Shown here piece by piece: positions 13,736 through 25,263 of a DNA stretch of 64,000 nt. Every line of letters begins with the position of its first letter. Position 1 is the first letter of the stretch. The notes under the pieces are model-generated. The model was not told the origin of the DNA. It saw only the letters and a list, made by a program, of their open reading frames with translations, and made no database searches. The position numbers and the translations under genes were made by a program. Source of the stretch: Somniosus microcephalus. Its lineage: Eukaryota. The stretch is taken from NCBI GenBank assembly GCA_052327205.1, contig CM126213.1:79546001-79610000 (forward strand), given 5' to 3'.

Positions 13736-14202
13736 CTTGATAACTAAGATGCTTTATACTGGAATTAGTCTAGTGGCCCTCCTCTGCATCCTTTCCAAAG
13801 CTTCAATATCACATCAATTTAACATCGTCACTAAGAGAGTGATGAGAAAGGTTAGGAAAAAATGTCTTTTCACTGGTGCTTATTGGAGCATGGACTGCTT
13901 TGCCAGAGGGAGTGGGTGAGGCTAGACCATTACATATTTTAACAAAAATTGCATAAACATTTGAAGCAGAGGAAGGGCTATGGGAAGAGTGTGGAACTGT
14001 GATGACATATGGGAAGTGTAGTCTGCTTGGGAGGAATGGGTGACTTTGGGCCTGTGGTCCATCACTGAGCATTTTCCTTGCCTCATGTCTGGGTCTGATG
14101 TCGACTAATTGATAGAGATTGATTGCTATGATTAGTCAACAGCTCCATTATTGCATCATGCGACTACCAGCTGCATCTAGATTGTGAACTAGAAGGACCT
14201 TG

Positions 14203-15113
14203 GGCCTAGAAATTCAGTTGTTTGTGCCAGCCGCTAGCACCTTAGGAGGAGGAGATGTGGGACGCTAGGCGGCTAGCGGCCGGGTGCAGCGCGATCTGCG
14301 CCTCTCCCCAACTTCAGTAAAGATTTAGCGGCGGCGCAAAGCCTTTGCGCGCGCTCAGCTGCGCGCGCAGATCCTGACGTCATTTCATCGTGCAACGCCC
14401 TTTGTTCGCCCCAAACCGGAAATTCAGTGGCGCCGCCCTATTGTGCGCCTGGCGCCCCTAGCGACTGGTAGAGGGGAACGGTTCTCAGTCGATGCAGGCC
14501 GCGGGGGGCGCAAATTAAAGGGCACTCCTCCTGCAGTAGAAAAGGCAGCCTTTTTGCAACACTCCTTCTTTGTGAGAGACGGATCTTTGCAGAGAGACAA
14601 AGGTAGAGAGCTTTCTGGTTTGGCTCAACACTCGCACAGGTACTTGTGGCTTCAGGCCACAGCTTTGCACTTATCTTTAACTTCAGAGCCATAGCATTGA
14701 TTGGAAACATATAATGGGGGCTGCAATGGGTGCAAACATTGGCCTTCTCCATAGTCCTGGGCGTTGTACAGATGAAGCAGCAGTGGTCAGGCCTTGCTTC
14801 AGGGCTGCAGTGTGCAGGGCGTGGCAGGCAAACAAATCCACCCTCCCCCTTTAAGAGCTCACCGGCGCCAGAGTGTCTGCCGTCAATCAGCAACTCGCCG
14901 CACCTGCGCTGCACCCGCCCTCGGGGGTATCGCCCCGGGCCGCCGGCTTAGCGCCTAATAATAGTCGTGCATCACCTGTTTTAGCGCAGCAGCAACCTCT
15001 TGGGGCGATGCGACTGAATATCGGCGAAGGTGGCGCGAACTTGCGCCGGGCGCAAACTTTAGCGGCCGCCCGACTGTAGCGCCCCAAACGTGGCTATACT
15101 GAATTTCTAGGCC
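14203..15113 (+). mobile_element. Non-autonomous Harbinger related to the 41175-45493 element, inserted in a CR1-like 3' UTR
   Basis: Perfect 16-bp TIRs GGCCTAGAAATTCAGT with TSD TTG (14200-14202, 15114-15116). Both arms align by eye with the two ends of 41175-45493. Confidence 0.9.
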
Positions 15114-15489
15114 TTGGTCTTTTTTTAATCTAGCAATTCCTATGGTCCTATACAATTAGTTTGGATTTCTGTAGCAAAGAGCTGCCACAATGGGCCAAAT
15201 GGCCTCCTTCTTTGCTGTAAGTATCGATTGTTCTTTGGTTCTATGTGCTGTGTGTGCTTCACAGTAACAAATGGTTTAAGGAATCTGAATAATTACTGAG
15301 CAAATAGGAAAAGGATATAGAAGCCCTGACACAGATAACAGCAAGAAAAGTGACCCACTTGAAATGGGAGCCATGAAATACCAGTCTTATAGGGCAATAG
15401 CCTTATTTGAGATTGCTGAAGTGGACTTTGATGGTCTTGCAGTGAGACACAAAATAAATTTTACTCATATAAACTCAGTGAAAATATAT

Positions 15490-15790
15490 TTTTTTTAAAT
15501 TTGTCCTTGGGATGTGGTAAACACTGGCAAGACATCATTTATTGTCCATTCTTAGGTGCCCTGAGGGCATTAAGAGTCACCCATATAGTGTTGGCCTGTA
15601 ATCACATGCAGGCCAGACCTGGTGGGGGAGTGGCTGATGGACATCGGTGAACCTAATTGTTTTTATGACAATACAACAGCTATCGTGGTCATTTTTGCTG
15701 GTCAACCCACAAATCACCAGATTTATTGAATTTTACAACTTGCCATGGTGTGATTTGAACTTAAAGCCTTTGGGTTGTGCTAGGCTACCA
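15490..15790 (-). mobile_element. Diverged tRNA-derived SINE, same architecture as 7875-8222
   Basis: The minus strand has a B-box-like AAGTTCAAATCAC, the ggtctggcctgcatgtga body and the gggcacctaagaatggacaataaatg tail. Confidence 0.6.
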
Positions 15791-15888
15791 TTCCTATCTG
15801 TGCAGTACATGCAACAAAATTGTAACCCTAATGTTTATAAATGAGTTTGTGATTCGAGCCCAAATAGCCCACCGAGGAAATATGCCTT

Positions 15889-16243
15889 TGTAGGAATCAA
15901 CGGATTCCTATCTAAATCACTGAGGTCGAGTCAGTTCAGTAAATTAACCAAATTTAATTAAACTGGTGAACAAAACAAAAACATGCAGGAGCAACAGCAA
16001 ACAGGTCTATACAGTAGCTTGTTCCACGAGGTCTGAACCCAGAACCTCCCACCTCTGACGTCATGACATCATCACGTTTCCCGCCACTCGGGGCACCACG
16101 TGACCAACGTGATGACGTCATCGCGTTGTTTCAGGGTTTTTACAGAAAGCTTGTTTACACTCAGCAAACGGACATAGGTGCTGTAACATTGCTTTAAAGA
16201 CAGTTATTCATTTGTACAGGAGTTCATTGGTGGTTTTACCACA
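15889..16243 (-). repeat. 3' LTR of gag-only element
   Basis: Direct repeat of 17091-17445, starting TGTAGG and ending ACCACA on the + strand. Confidence 0.95.
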
Positions 16244-16276
16244 TGCGCCCCCCAGAAGTGTCTTTAATCATCAAAG

Positions 16277-17035
16277 TCAATCATCAAGGAGGTCGGACAA
16301 TCCTGTCGGAGCGACTCCGATATTCCCGGAATCACCAACTGTCATTGTGGAGGCGAAACCGACCTCGGGGCTTCCCTTCCGGTCGCGCAATCGGTGTTGC
16401 TGCTTTCTCGGTGCCGGCGGCACGAATTTACACGGGGGTCGGCAGCATCTGGCTTTCTGACCGAAACGGGCGTGGTAGTAGCAAAGGCCGGTCTGTGGAG
16501 GTGCCGAGGCGGGGTTCTTGGAGGCGGGGCGCGTCGAGGTGGCACAATACTGTTGCATCACCGCGTAAATGGTGTCGGCTTCGGCCGCGAGTGCCACACC
16601 ATCCGTAGCCGTCGACCTGGCCAGGGCTGCTTGTACCTGCTCAGGGAGCTGGCTCAGGAACAGTTCACGAAATATAAAACACTGCGGCTCAGACCCGAGG
16701 AGGGTGAGCATGTGGCTCATCAACTCGGAAGGCTTAGCACTGCCTAACCCGGGGAGTGCGAGCAAGCGTCGTGCGCGCTCCGCCTTTGTGAGAGCGAATA
16801 CTTGCATGAGGCGCGCCTTGAGCGTTTCGTACTTGTTCTCCACGGGCGGGGTCTCCAGCAGGCTGATAATGCGGGAAGCCGTCGAGTTGTCCAGTGCGGA
16901 GACCACATAAAGGTAACGGGTCTGATCCAGCACTATGTTTCACAGTTGGAACTGAGCCTCCGCTTGAATGAACCAGGAGGCTGCCTGTTGTTCCCAAAAT
17001 TGAGGGAGCTTCAAACTCACTGCATTTACATCCAT
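16277..17035 (-). pseudogene. gag: Gypsy gag with one in-frame stop
   Basis: ATG at 17035 gives MDVNAVSLKLPQFWEQQAASWFIQAEAQFQL*, with TGA at 16940-16942 (probably CGA>TGA). The frame continues into ORF 16277-16933, which has the C-terminal LCYYHARFGQKARCCRPPC motif typical of this Gypsy gag type. Confidence 0.88.
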
Positions 17036-17090
17036 CTTGTTCTCGAGCTTGCCTCCGCGAAAATCGTCCGCGAAGCTTCGGGGTCACCAA

Positions 17091-17445
17091 TGTAGGAATC
17101 AACGGATTCCTATCTAAATCACTGAGGTCGAGTCAGTTCAGTAAATTAACCAAATTTAATTAAACTGGTGAACAAAACAAAAATATGCAGGAGCAACAGC
17201 AAACAGGTCTATACAGTAGCTTGTTCCACGAGGTCTGAACCCAGAACCTCCCACCTCTGATGTCATGACGTCATCATGTTTCCCGCCACTCGGGGCACCA
17301 CGTGACCAACGTGATGACATCATCGCGTTGTTTTAGGGTTTTTACAGAAAGCTTGTTTACACTCAGCAAACGGACATAGGTGCTGTAACATTGCTTTAAA
17401 GACAGTTATTCATTTGTACAGGAGTTCATTGGTGGTTTTACCACA
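17091..17445 (-). repeat. 5' LTR of gag-only element
   Basis: Direct repeat of 15889-16243, adjacent to the PBS. Confidence 0.95.
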
Positions 17446-17574
17446 CCTTGATGTTTGTTTGAGTATTTCCCAATGTCTAAATATTTTAGAAAAAAGTCTT
17501 ATGAACATCAGTGGAAAACACATTTAGTCATGAATATAATCTTAGTAGGACCTCATAATGTAATAAGACCACAA

Positions 17575-17735
17575 AAAACAGATTGTCCAGTAACTCATCT
17601 CATTTCTGCTTGAGGAACCTTGCTCTGCACAACTTGGCTGCTGCATTTGCCTATATAAAAAAGTGACTGCACTTTACAATTAATTCACTAGTTGTGAAGC
17701 ACTGTAGGAAATCCTAGATATGATAAGGTGCTTGT
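17575..17735 (+). mobile_element. Degenerate DeuSINE-like fragment
   Basis: cttgctctgcacaacttggctgctgcatttgcc...gtgactgcactt resembles the copies at 56195-56410 and 58290-58480. Confidence 0.5.
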
Positions 17736-18210
17736 CACAACTAGGGATTTTTGGTTATTTGACCTAGCAGGGATTTACTGATTAAGCTATATAATGTTTC
17801 TGCTATGAACTCAGGTTTAAGATTTGAAGATTTCCTCTAGATTTTGAAGATTCTCAAAGGTCCAGCATCCTTTCTGTCACCTTAACAAGGAGAGGCAGTT
17901 TTACCATTTGAGACTAAGAGGGGATTGATATGTTAATGAGCTCACCTGGATGTTAATGAGCTAGCTACTGTTATCCATAACGTTCTGGCAATTCATTATT
18001 TTTTTTACACAGCAGTAGGCATTCACACATGCAATGGTGGGAGAAACTGTTTTCCTGTGTATATAGCATAGGGTTATCTTATAGGACTTCACTTTTGAGA
18101 GAGCAGTAGCTGATTTAATTAGCAGACCTACAGCTCAATCCCCAGACAGCGAGAGTGTCAGAGGTCAAACCACTAACTTTGTGCCCTGAAAATGTACAAA
18201 AGAACAAAGA

Positions 18211-19565
18211 TCCCTCCTCTACACCTCCATCCCCCACCAGGATGGCCTGAGGGCGCTCCGCTTCTTCCTTGAACAGAGGCCCGACCAGTCCTCATCCACC
18301 ACCACCCTCCTCCGCCTGGCTGAACTTGTTCTCACATTGAACAACTTCTCCTTTAACTCCACTCATTTCCTCCAAATCAAAGGTGTTGCTATGGGTACCC
18401 GCATGGGTCCTAGCTATGCCTGCCTTTTCATGGGATATGTGGAACACTCTTTGTTCCAGTCCTACTCAGGTCCCCTCCCTCACCTCTTTTTCCGATACAT
18501 TGATGACTGTATCGGTGCCGTTTCCTGCTCTCGCCCCGAACTAGACAATTTCATTCACTTTGCCTCCAATTTCCACCCTTCCCTCACCTTCACATGGTCC
18601 ATCTCTGACTCTTCCCTTCCCTTCCTCGACTTCTCTGTCTCCATCTCTGGGGATAGGTTATCGACCAATATCCACTACAAGCCCACTGACTCCCACAGCT
18701 ACCTGGACTACACTTCCTCCCACCCCGCCTCCTGTAAGGACTCTATTCCATTCTCCCAGTTTCTCCGTCTCCGCCGTATCTGCTCCGACGATGCCACCTT
18801 CCACACCAGTGCTTCCGACATGTCTTCCTTTTTCCACAACCGAGGATTCCCCTCTACCGTGGTTGACACGGCCCTCGACCGTGTCTGTTCTATCTCCCGC
18901 ACTTCTGCCCTCACCCCTGCCCCTCTCTCCCGGAACCACGATAGGGTTCCCCTTGTCCTCACCTTTCACCCCACCAGCCTCCACATTCAGCGGATCATCC
19001 TCCGCCATTTCCGCTACCTCCAAAGTGATCCCACCACCAAACGCATCTTCCCCTCCCCTCCCCTTTCAGCATTATGTAGGGACCGCTCCCTCTGAGACAA
19101 CCTAGTCCACTCCTCTATCACCCCAACAGCCCTTCCCCTTCGCTTGGCACCTTCCCGTGCAAGCGCAGGAGATGTAACACCTGCCCCTATATCAACCCCC
19201 TTCCCACTGTCCAGGGCCCCAAACACCCCTTCCAGGTGAAACAGCGATTTACTTGTACTTCTTGCAATCTAGTATACTGTATTCGCTGCTCACGATGCGG
19301 TCTCCTCTATATTGGGGAGACCAAACATAGATTGGGTGACCGTTTTGCGGAACACCTCCGTTCAGTCCGTAAGGGTGACCCCGAGCTTCCGGTCGCCTGT
19401 CATTTTAATTCACCGCTCCATTCCCACTCAGACCTCACCGTTCTTGGCCTCTTGCATTGTTCCACGGAAGCTCAACGTAAACTCGAGGAACAGCACCTCA
19501 TCTTCCGATTAGGCACTCTGCAGCCTTCCGGACTCAATATCAAGTTCAACAATTTCAGATCATAA
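18211..19565 (+). pseudogene. PLE reverse transcriptase / GIY-YIG endonuclease, disrupted
   Basis: ORF 18337-19095 (RT) ends at an internal TGA. ORF 19236-19565 (GIY-YIG) is in a different frame, implying a frameshift. Confidence 0.88.
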
Positions 19566-19841
19566 CTTTGGCCCCTATTACATTTTTACTTATATATTTT
19601 AATTTTTTTCCCACCCCTTTGCTTTGGGTCTTCCCTTCCCCCCCCCCGCCTTTCCTTTTTTTTCTCTTTCCCACATGGCAGCTGTTTCTCATCCTGCCAG
19701 TACACTTCACACCTAATCTGAGCCGGCTTTGTCTCCTCTGTCCTATTACCATCTCATCTGGTTTTGAATACCTCTTAATGTCTCTTTACTTCTCTTTTGT
19801 TCTATTGCAGCCCTGCCTTCGATCTATTTTATTTCCTTTCC

Positions 19842-19877
19842 AGTTTTGAAAAAGGGTTTCAACCCGAAACGTCGACT
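19842..19877 (+). ncRNA. Minimal type-I hammerhead ribozyme motif in PLE terminal repeat
   Basis: AGTT-TTGAAAA-A-GGGTTTCAACCC-GAAA-CG-TC-GACT: stem I, variant core, stem II, GAAA and GUC cleavage triplet. Confidence 0.7.
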
Positions 19878-20445
19878 TTTAATTTCTCTCCACGGATGTT
19901 GCCTGGCCTGCTGAGTTTTTCCAGCATTTTCTGTTGTTATTTCCTTCTTCTTCGGCATGTTCATGGTGAGATGGTAAGATCTGCTAAGAGACAATGGGTA
20001 AGGTCTAAGCCAGTTTACCTTAAGCAGAGAGCTGACCAGGCCCAGAGCAAACCTTGCTCTGATTTAGTGATAGGGCTGACCAAAAATAGATGTTAATTAA
20101 CCCATTAACTGGGGCAGGGTAGAGCAGTTTGCTGTTTTTCTTATTTACAAGGAGAGATTGAAGTTAACTTGAACTAAACTATTAATCAGTCTGCCTTTTG
20201 GAAGGTTGAAGACATGCACATGAGGACACATGTGGAGAGTTATAATATCTAGTCCGGGGATGTCAAATATACCGGATCCGGCCTGCCAAACAGTTTCATC
20301 CAGCCCAGGGTGTGCTGCGCTATGCTGCGTGTTTGCAATGTGTGATATGCCCCCGTGATCCGCCCAAGTGTATGACTCACACGTGCATGTGATGGTCCTG
20401 ACATCACGGTTACACATTGGAACATGATGGCTCAGTAGAGACAGT

Positions 20446-21292
20446 GGGCAGGATTTTCATTGGGCCGTGGAGTCAGGATTGGAGGCGTGCGGGGGGTTAA
20501 AATCCTGAAATCAGGGGTCCCGAACACATCCCGCACCCAAACCCGCCTCCATACCAGTTTCAAAGGAGGCGGGTACCCGCCCCGCACTGAGACCCGCCTA
20601 CCCAAGGCGGGAAGGGATTAGCGCCAATTAACTGCCTGTTAACAGGTAGTTAACAGGCAGTTTTTAGCCTAATCCCTATTTTTAAGGTTGAAGTGTGGGA
20701 TTCCTGACGGCTCCAAACCATGCCAAGTTAGAGGAGGCGGGCCGTCGGGTTGAAGGACTTGGAGGGGTTGAGATGTCGGTGTTCAGGTGAGTGATGGGTG
20801 CATGAGTGCAAAAGTAAGTGTGTTTGGTGCGTCTAAAGTCATTAAATAAGTTTTACATACCTTTTCTTACCTTTTCAGCCTCCCTTCCTTTAGGTCTCAG
20901 AGTCCCTCATCTCACCGGCGCAGAAAGCAGAATGGCCACGAACTGTCAAAAGTGACAGCCTTCAGCTTTCTGTGCAGGAGAGATTTCTAACTGATAGTCT
21001 GTGGAGAAGGACTCAGGTTAGAAGTAAGACTGTCAGTGTTTGACAGCTTCAAACAGCTGTGAAACGCTGATATTTCATCTGTCAAAAGCTCTTGATAGAT
21101 GAAATTTCAGTCTGTGTGACGTCACCTGTTGCCGGATGGCCCTTAATTGGCCTGCTGAGCCCACTGGGTGGGCTCAACAAGGTCAATCAAGTTAAAATCG
21201 CGTGGATTGGCTGCATCTTGATGGAGGCGGGACTACAACCCCGAAAGTTGTAGTCCCGCCTCCAACCTGACTCCTGAATGAAAATCCTGCCC
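20446..21292. mobile_element. Non-autonomous Harbinger-type element
   Basis: Perfect 16-bp TIRs GGGCAGGATTTTCATT with TSD AGT (20443-20445, 21293-21295). Repeated ACCCGCC/GGCGGG subterminal motifs and internal hairpins, e.g. 21222-21263. Confidence 0.88.
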
Positions 21293-22458
21293 AGTTGCTG
21301 CGAAGCTGAACAGTTTTCCACGTTTCACACAGCAGCTGAGCGAGGATTAGGAAAATATTTAGTGTAATAAGCTGAAAATGTAACAGAGGGCCACAATCCT
21401 GACTTAATGGCCCATGCAAAGTTCACTCTGGAATACTGCAATATTCTGCACTGCAGAATGATGAGACATGGGCCTTGATTCTCCTCTGAATTACTGTCCA
21501 TTTTCAGGTGTATTCGGAAGGTAAACAGAATAAAATACATTCTTAAAGGCTACCACCACAAATCTGCCAAAACCTGCACCAGCATTCCTCGTCCAAAAAA
21601 AATTAATTTCCCTTCAAGGCCCTTCAGGATGCCATTTTGTGCAATGCTACTGAAGGTTGGTGTTTCTTTGCCTGCAAAGCAAACTTTTCAGTACTTTCGG
21701 GGTTGAGGTGGGACTTTTGCTGCTACTCAGCTCTGCTCAAAGTACTGCTTTAGAATCTAGAGGTGGAATTCTCAATGGGAATATTTTTATTTTGATGTTA
21801 TGAAGAGGAGGAGGACACGTGAGAGGCTAGGTTGGATACTTTAAGAGACTGGCATCACTGAATGTAGTCCTTACCTACATGTAGTAACTCGCTCACAAGG
21901 GCCTACAGGCCAAGAAGGTCTTAATTAGGCATCCTCACAGCATGAGGAAGGTTCAGAAGAAAAAGAGGAAGTGGAACAGCAGCCAGCTGCCAGACCAAGA
22001 AGAGCACAAATTATCGCCCAAAACTTTCAATAAATACAGTTGACTCACCAAATAAAGTCACTTCATAGGTGTTTGTTCTCTCACCCTCGCAAAGTCCCTC
22101 ATTGCCCAAGACCTTTGCCAAGGTCCTGCAGAAGACAGAAGTCTATTATGTCTCCTGTCATCAATGAATTCCCAAATGTTGAAAACATACACAGAAATGA
22201 ACTCACAAAATGTGCTCAAGCTGTCTTTAAACAACAACATTCAGCAGGAAGTGACAACAAAACAATTCTCCCTATTTACAACTAATTACTTATTCTAGTT
22301 GCTAATTAATTACTCCTGCCAATTGTTTCCTGAATGACTTGAGGCAGAGTGGTGGGTGGCTGGAATGGTTCCTTTGGAGCTTTCAAGATCTGAGGAGACT
22401 CTTGTCTCTGGGTAGCTGCTGTCCCAGAGGGACCAGCTGCCGGCAGCCTGATACTTGC

Positions 22459-23147
22459 CTGAGGAAGGCCAGGACCTCAAACCTGGCACTAAGCTCATGG
22501 TCTACAGAGCAGCAGTGATACCCACCCTGCTGTATGCCTCAGAGACATGGGCCATGTACAGCAGGCACCTCAAAGCACTGGGGAGGTCCTGCAGCAAGAT
22601 CCTGCAAACCCATTGGCAGGATAGGCGCACCAATGTCAGTGTTCTTGCTCAGGCCAACATCCCCAGCATCGAAGCTTTGACCACGCTCGATCAGCTCCGA
22701 TGGACAGGTCACATTGTCCGCATGCCCGATACGAGACTCCCAAAACAAGCACTCTACTTGGAGCTCTGACACGGCAGGAGAGCCCCAGGTGGGCAGAGGA
22801 AACACTTCAAGGACACCCTCAAAGCCTCCCTGAAAAAGTGCAACATCCCCACTGACACCTGGGAATCCCTGGCCCAAGACCGCACAAAGTGGAGGAGAAG
22901 CATCCGGGAAGGCACCGAACACCTCGAGTCTCTTCGCTGGGAGCAAGCGGAAGCCAAGCGCAGGCAGCGCAAGGAGCGCACATCAACTCAAGCACCCCAC
23001 CCACCCACCCGCCCCTTCAACCACCATCTGCCCCACCTGTGACAAAGACTGTAGGTCCTGCATTGGACTCATCAATCACCTGAGAACTTATTTTTAACGT
23101 GGAGGCAAGTCATCCTCGGTTCCGAGGGACTGCCTAAGAAGAAGAAG
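22459..23147 (+). mobile_element. RTE-clade LINE, 5'-truncated
   Basis: TKLMVYRAAVIPTLLYASETW...QLRWTGHIVRMPDTRLPKQ is an RTE ORF C-terminus. (GAA)n tail and TSD ACTTGC (22453-22458, 23148-23153). Confidence 0.9.
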
Positions 23148-24619
23148 ACTTGCAGTACAAGGAGTGCCAGGCCCTTTCTGAAATACCATCATCTGCAGGC
23201 ACTGAAGGGTGCATTAAGGAAGTGGGTTTACTGCCACTCTCCAGAAAGACAGCGGCATCTACGCCCACTCTTTGCAGTCCATTGGTGCTGGGCACAGGCT
23301 CAGAGGTGGTGCTAGTCAGTGTCATCACTGACCGTATAGTCCCAATGAGGCCTTGGAAGACATCTGCAAGTGTGGTTTTCAGATTGACCCTCAAGGCATC
23401 TATTGAAGTATTGGCAGCTGTTGTTCCAGAAGTGACCAAAGTATGTAGAAGCTGTTTCTAGCATTTTGATGCTGCAGGTATCTCCCAGCTGTCACAGCCT
23501 CCAAAGTGTTCTGCAGCTTATGAGACACTTCCTGCAATGTGCTGCAGATGCGGATAGGGGACTCCTCCCAATTATCCATCATCTCAACCATATGTGTGGT
23601 AACCATCTTCACCACCTGCATATGAGATCAGTGCTCCTGAAACATTTTTCCTCTTAAGACTGGGCCCCCGAAATCTGGGTCCCTAAGCTCCTCATCTGAG
23701 GGCACAGTGGAGGAATTCCTCCGTGAAGGAATGGCACTCTCCCTCTCTTCCATTCCCAGGTTCTCATTCTCACTAGTCTTCAGTGACTCAACTGCTGACA
23801 ACCCTTCTGACTGTCTAATTCCTCATGCAGACAAGCTAGCAGGACGGAGTTGGTGAAGATGTGGCAATAGCCGTGGATCTGGAAGTGCCTGGGTGGTCAT
23901 TTATATGGCTAGCAATATTTCTCCAAGGCACCATCTATAAAGTGAAAGACAGAGGAGCATTAGCTATGCACACAGTGACATTGTCCCTTGAGAAATAGTG
24001 AGTGAGTGTAAGGGCATTGCAATACTTGAGAAAGCTAATATTACACATAATAAGCCTTGCCTAGACTTTAACAGGTCACCTCCAACCTCGCTCTCTCCAA
24101 CCAACTCTCCTGTACACCTGCCTATTAAATCTAACACTTCCTCTTCCTTTAGACCCAGACTGATCGTGATTTCCCCCAGTTGTACATTTATGGCACTTGT
24201 TGTAGACCATTTATTCCATTGGATGGAGGGAAGACAATGTTACAGGCCTGTAAGTGTCATGGAGTCTTTCCCATATGAGGTCGTACATGCTATGATGATG
24301 TTTTGTCTCTTTAAATGAAGTATTCTTGAAAACTAGCAGAAGCCCTTGTTGCAGAGAATGGTTTTGAGTAAAAGAAGGTGCTTGACTATTTCAGAGGTTA
24401 CTCTTTACAGAATTGAGTTTACTTCGCATCCAGATGCTGGGAGAGATAGTGTACGATAGGTTAGGAGCTGAATATTGGCACCAGAGCCTTGAATTACCTT
24501 GGCCACCCTTGTGAGGTTATTGAACATTTTTCTACACTGAGTGGCAGTTCTTGGGATAGTGGAGGTTATATTTAATGTTTCTGCCACTTCCCTCCAGACA
24601 GCCTATGCCACTCCTTTAT

Positions 24620-24813
24620 AGTACGATAGCAAAATACCGCAGATGCTGGAAATCCGAAATAACAACAGAAAATGCTGGAAAAACTCAGCAGGCCAGGCAA
24701 CATCCGTGGAGAGAAAATAGAAAAAGGGTTAGACCCGAAACGTCGACTCTATTTTCTCTCCATGGATGTTGCCTGGCCTGCTAAGTTTTTCTAGCATTTT
24801 CTGTTGTTATTTC
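24620..24813. mobile_element. Fold-back PLE terminal-repeat insertion
   Basis: About 65-bp inverted arms (24656-24720, 24749-24813) enclose the 3' part of the hammerhead. Flanked by CCACTC(C/T)TTTAT at 24608-24619 and 24813-24824. Confidence 0.85.
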
Positions 24814-25007
24814 CACTCTTTTATCGGGCCTTCTGCCCTTAGTCCCCATCAGACGGTCCTTCCGAGACCTCACTTTTACACTGGAAAATCTGGCTGCTGA
24901 CACTCCAAGGCTGCTGCTCCTTCTGCCATCTTGCTGAAAAGTAATGCTGCCCTTTAACTGGCTGAAGTCTTTTAAACGATGCACCAGAATGGTACCTTGA
25001 TCCCGAA

Positions 25008-25089
25008 TCATAAGAACTAAGAAATAGGAGCAGAAGTATGCCATTCGGCCTTTTGAGCCTGCTCCGCCATTCAATAAGATCATGGCTGA
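25008..25089 (-). mobile_element. CR1 3' tail fragment
   Basis: cataagaactaagaaataggagcagaagtatgccattcggcc...gatcatggctga matches the tail at 56875-56960. Confidence 0.7.
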
Positions 25090-25263
25090 GCCCAACTGTC
25101 TAGCCTTTGGCCCTCCATTTACCACACCATTTCTGCAGCTCCTGATCTGCTCAACCACACCCTCACCACCACCTTTGATGCCCTAGTCCCCATTAAAACC
25201 ATTACTGTTTCTCACCCTGGCCGTTCTGTGGTGCGGCCCGCATCTTTGCTCCATTGAGTCCAA

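Larger units (their letters stand above)
15889..17445 (-). mobile_element. Gag-only non-autonomous Gypsy LTR retrotransposon (1557 bp)
   Basis: Two 355-bp TG...CA LTRs with about 6 substitutions and a 4-bp TSD CCTT (15885-15888, 17446-17449). PBS TGGTGACCCCGA (tRNA-Trp 3' end) lies just inside the 5' LTR, and a G-rich PPT lies at about 16244-16258. The 847-bp interior has gag but no PR, RT, RNase H or IN core. Confidence 0.93.
18211..19942 (+). mobile_element. Penelope-like element, 5'-truncated (RT + GIY-YIG + 3' terminal repeat)
   Basis: Begins within RT (LYTSIPH), contains the GVAMG and RYIDD motifs and a GIY-YIG domain (LVYCIRC...LYIGET), then a pyrimidine-rich UTR and a terminal repeat shared with 2843-3500. 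Confidence 0.93.
21640..24990. mobile_element. Highly decayed autonomous-type Harbinger interrupted by RTE and PLE insertions
   Basis: An acidic transposase-like C-terminus lies on + near 21940-22033 (EEGSEEKEEVEQQPAARPRRAQIIAQNFQ*). A Myb/SANT exon lies on - at about 24495-24930 (ARFSS...VWREVAETLNITSTIPRTATQCRKMFNNLTRVAK then gtaatt), giving the same convergent layout as 41175-45493. Termini were not identified. Confidence 0.6.

Noticed and set aside
14438-14914. 158-aa ORF, and similar ORFs at 49486-49985
   Set aside because: They lie inside GC-rich MITEs where stops are rare, and show no domain features.
16940-16942. Selenocysteine or readthrough TGA in gag
   Set aside because: It is most simply a CGA>TGA CpG decay, consistent with the CpG transitions seen between the LTRs. 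No supporting structure was seen.
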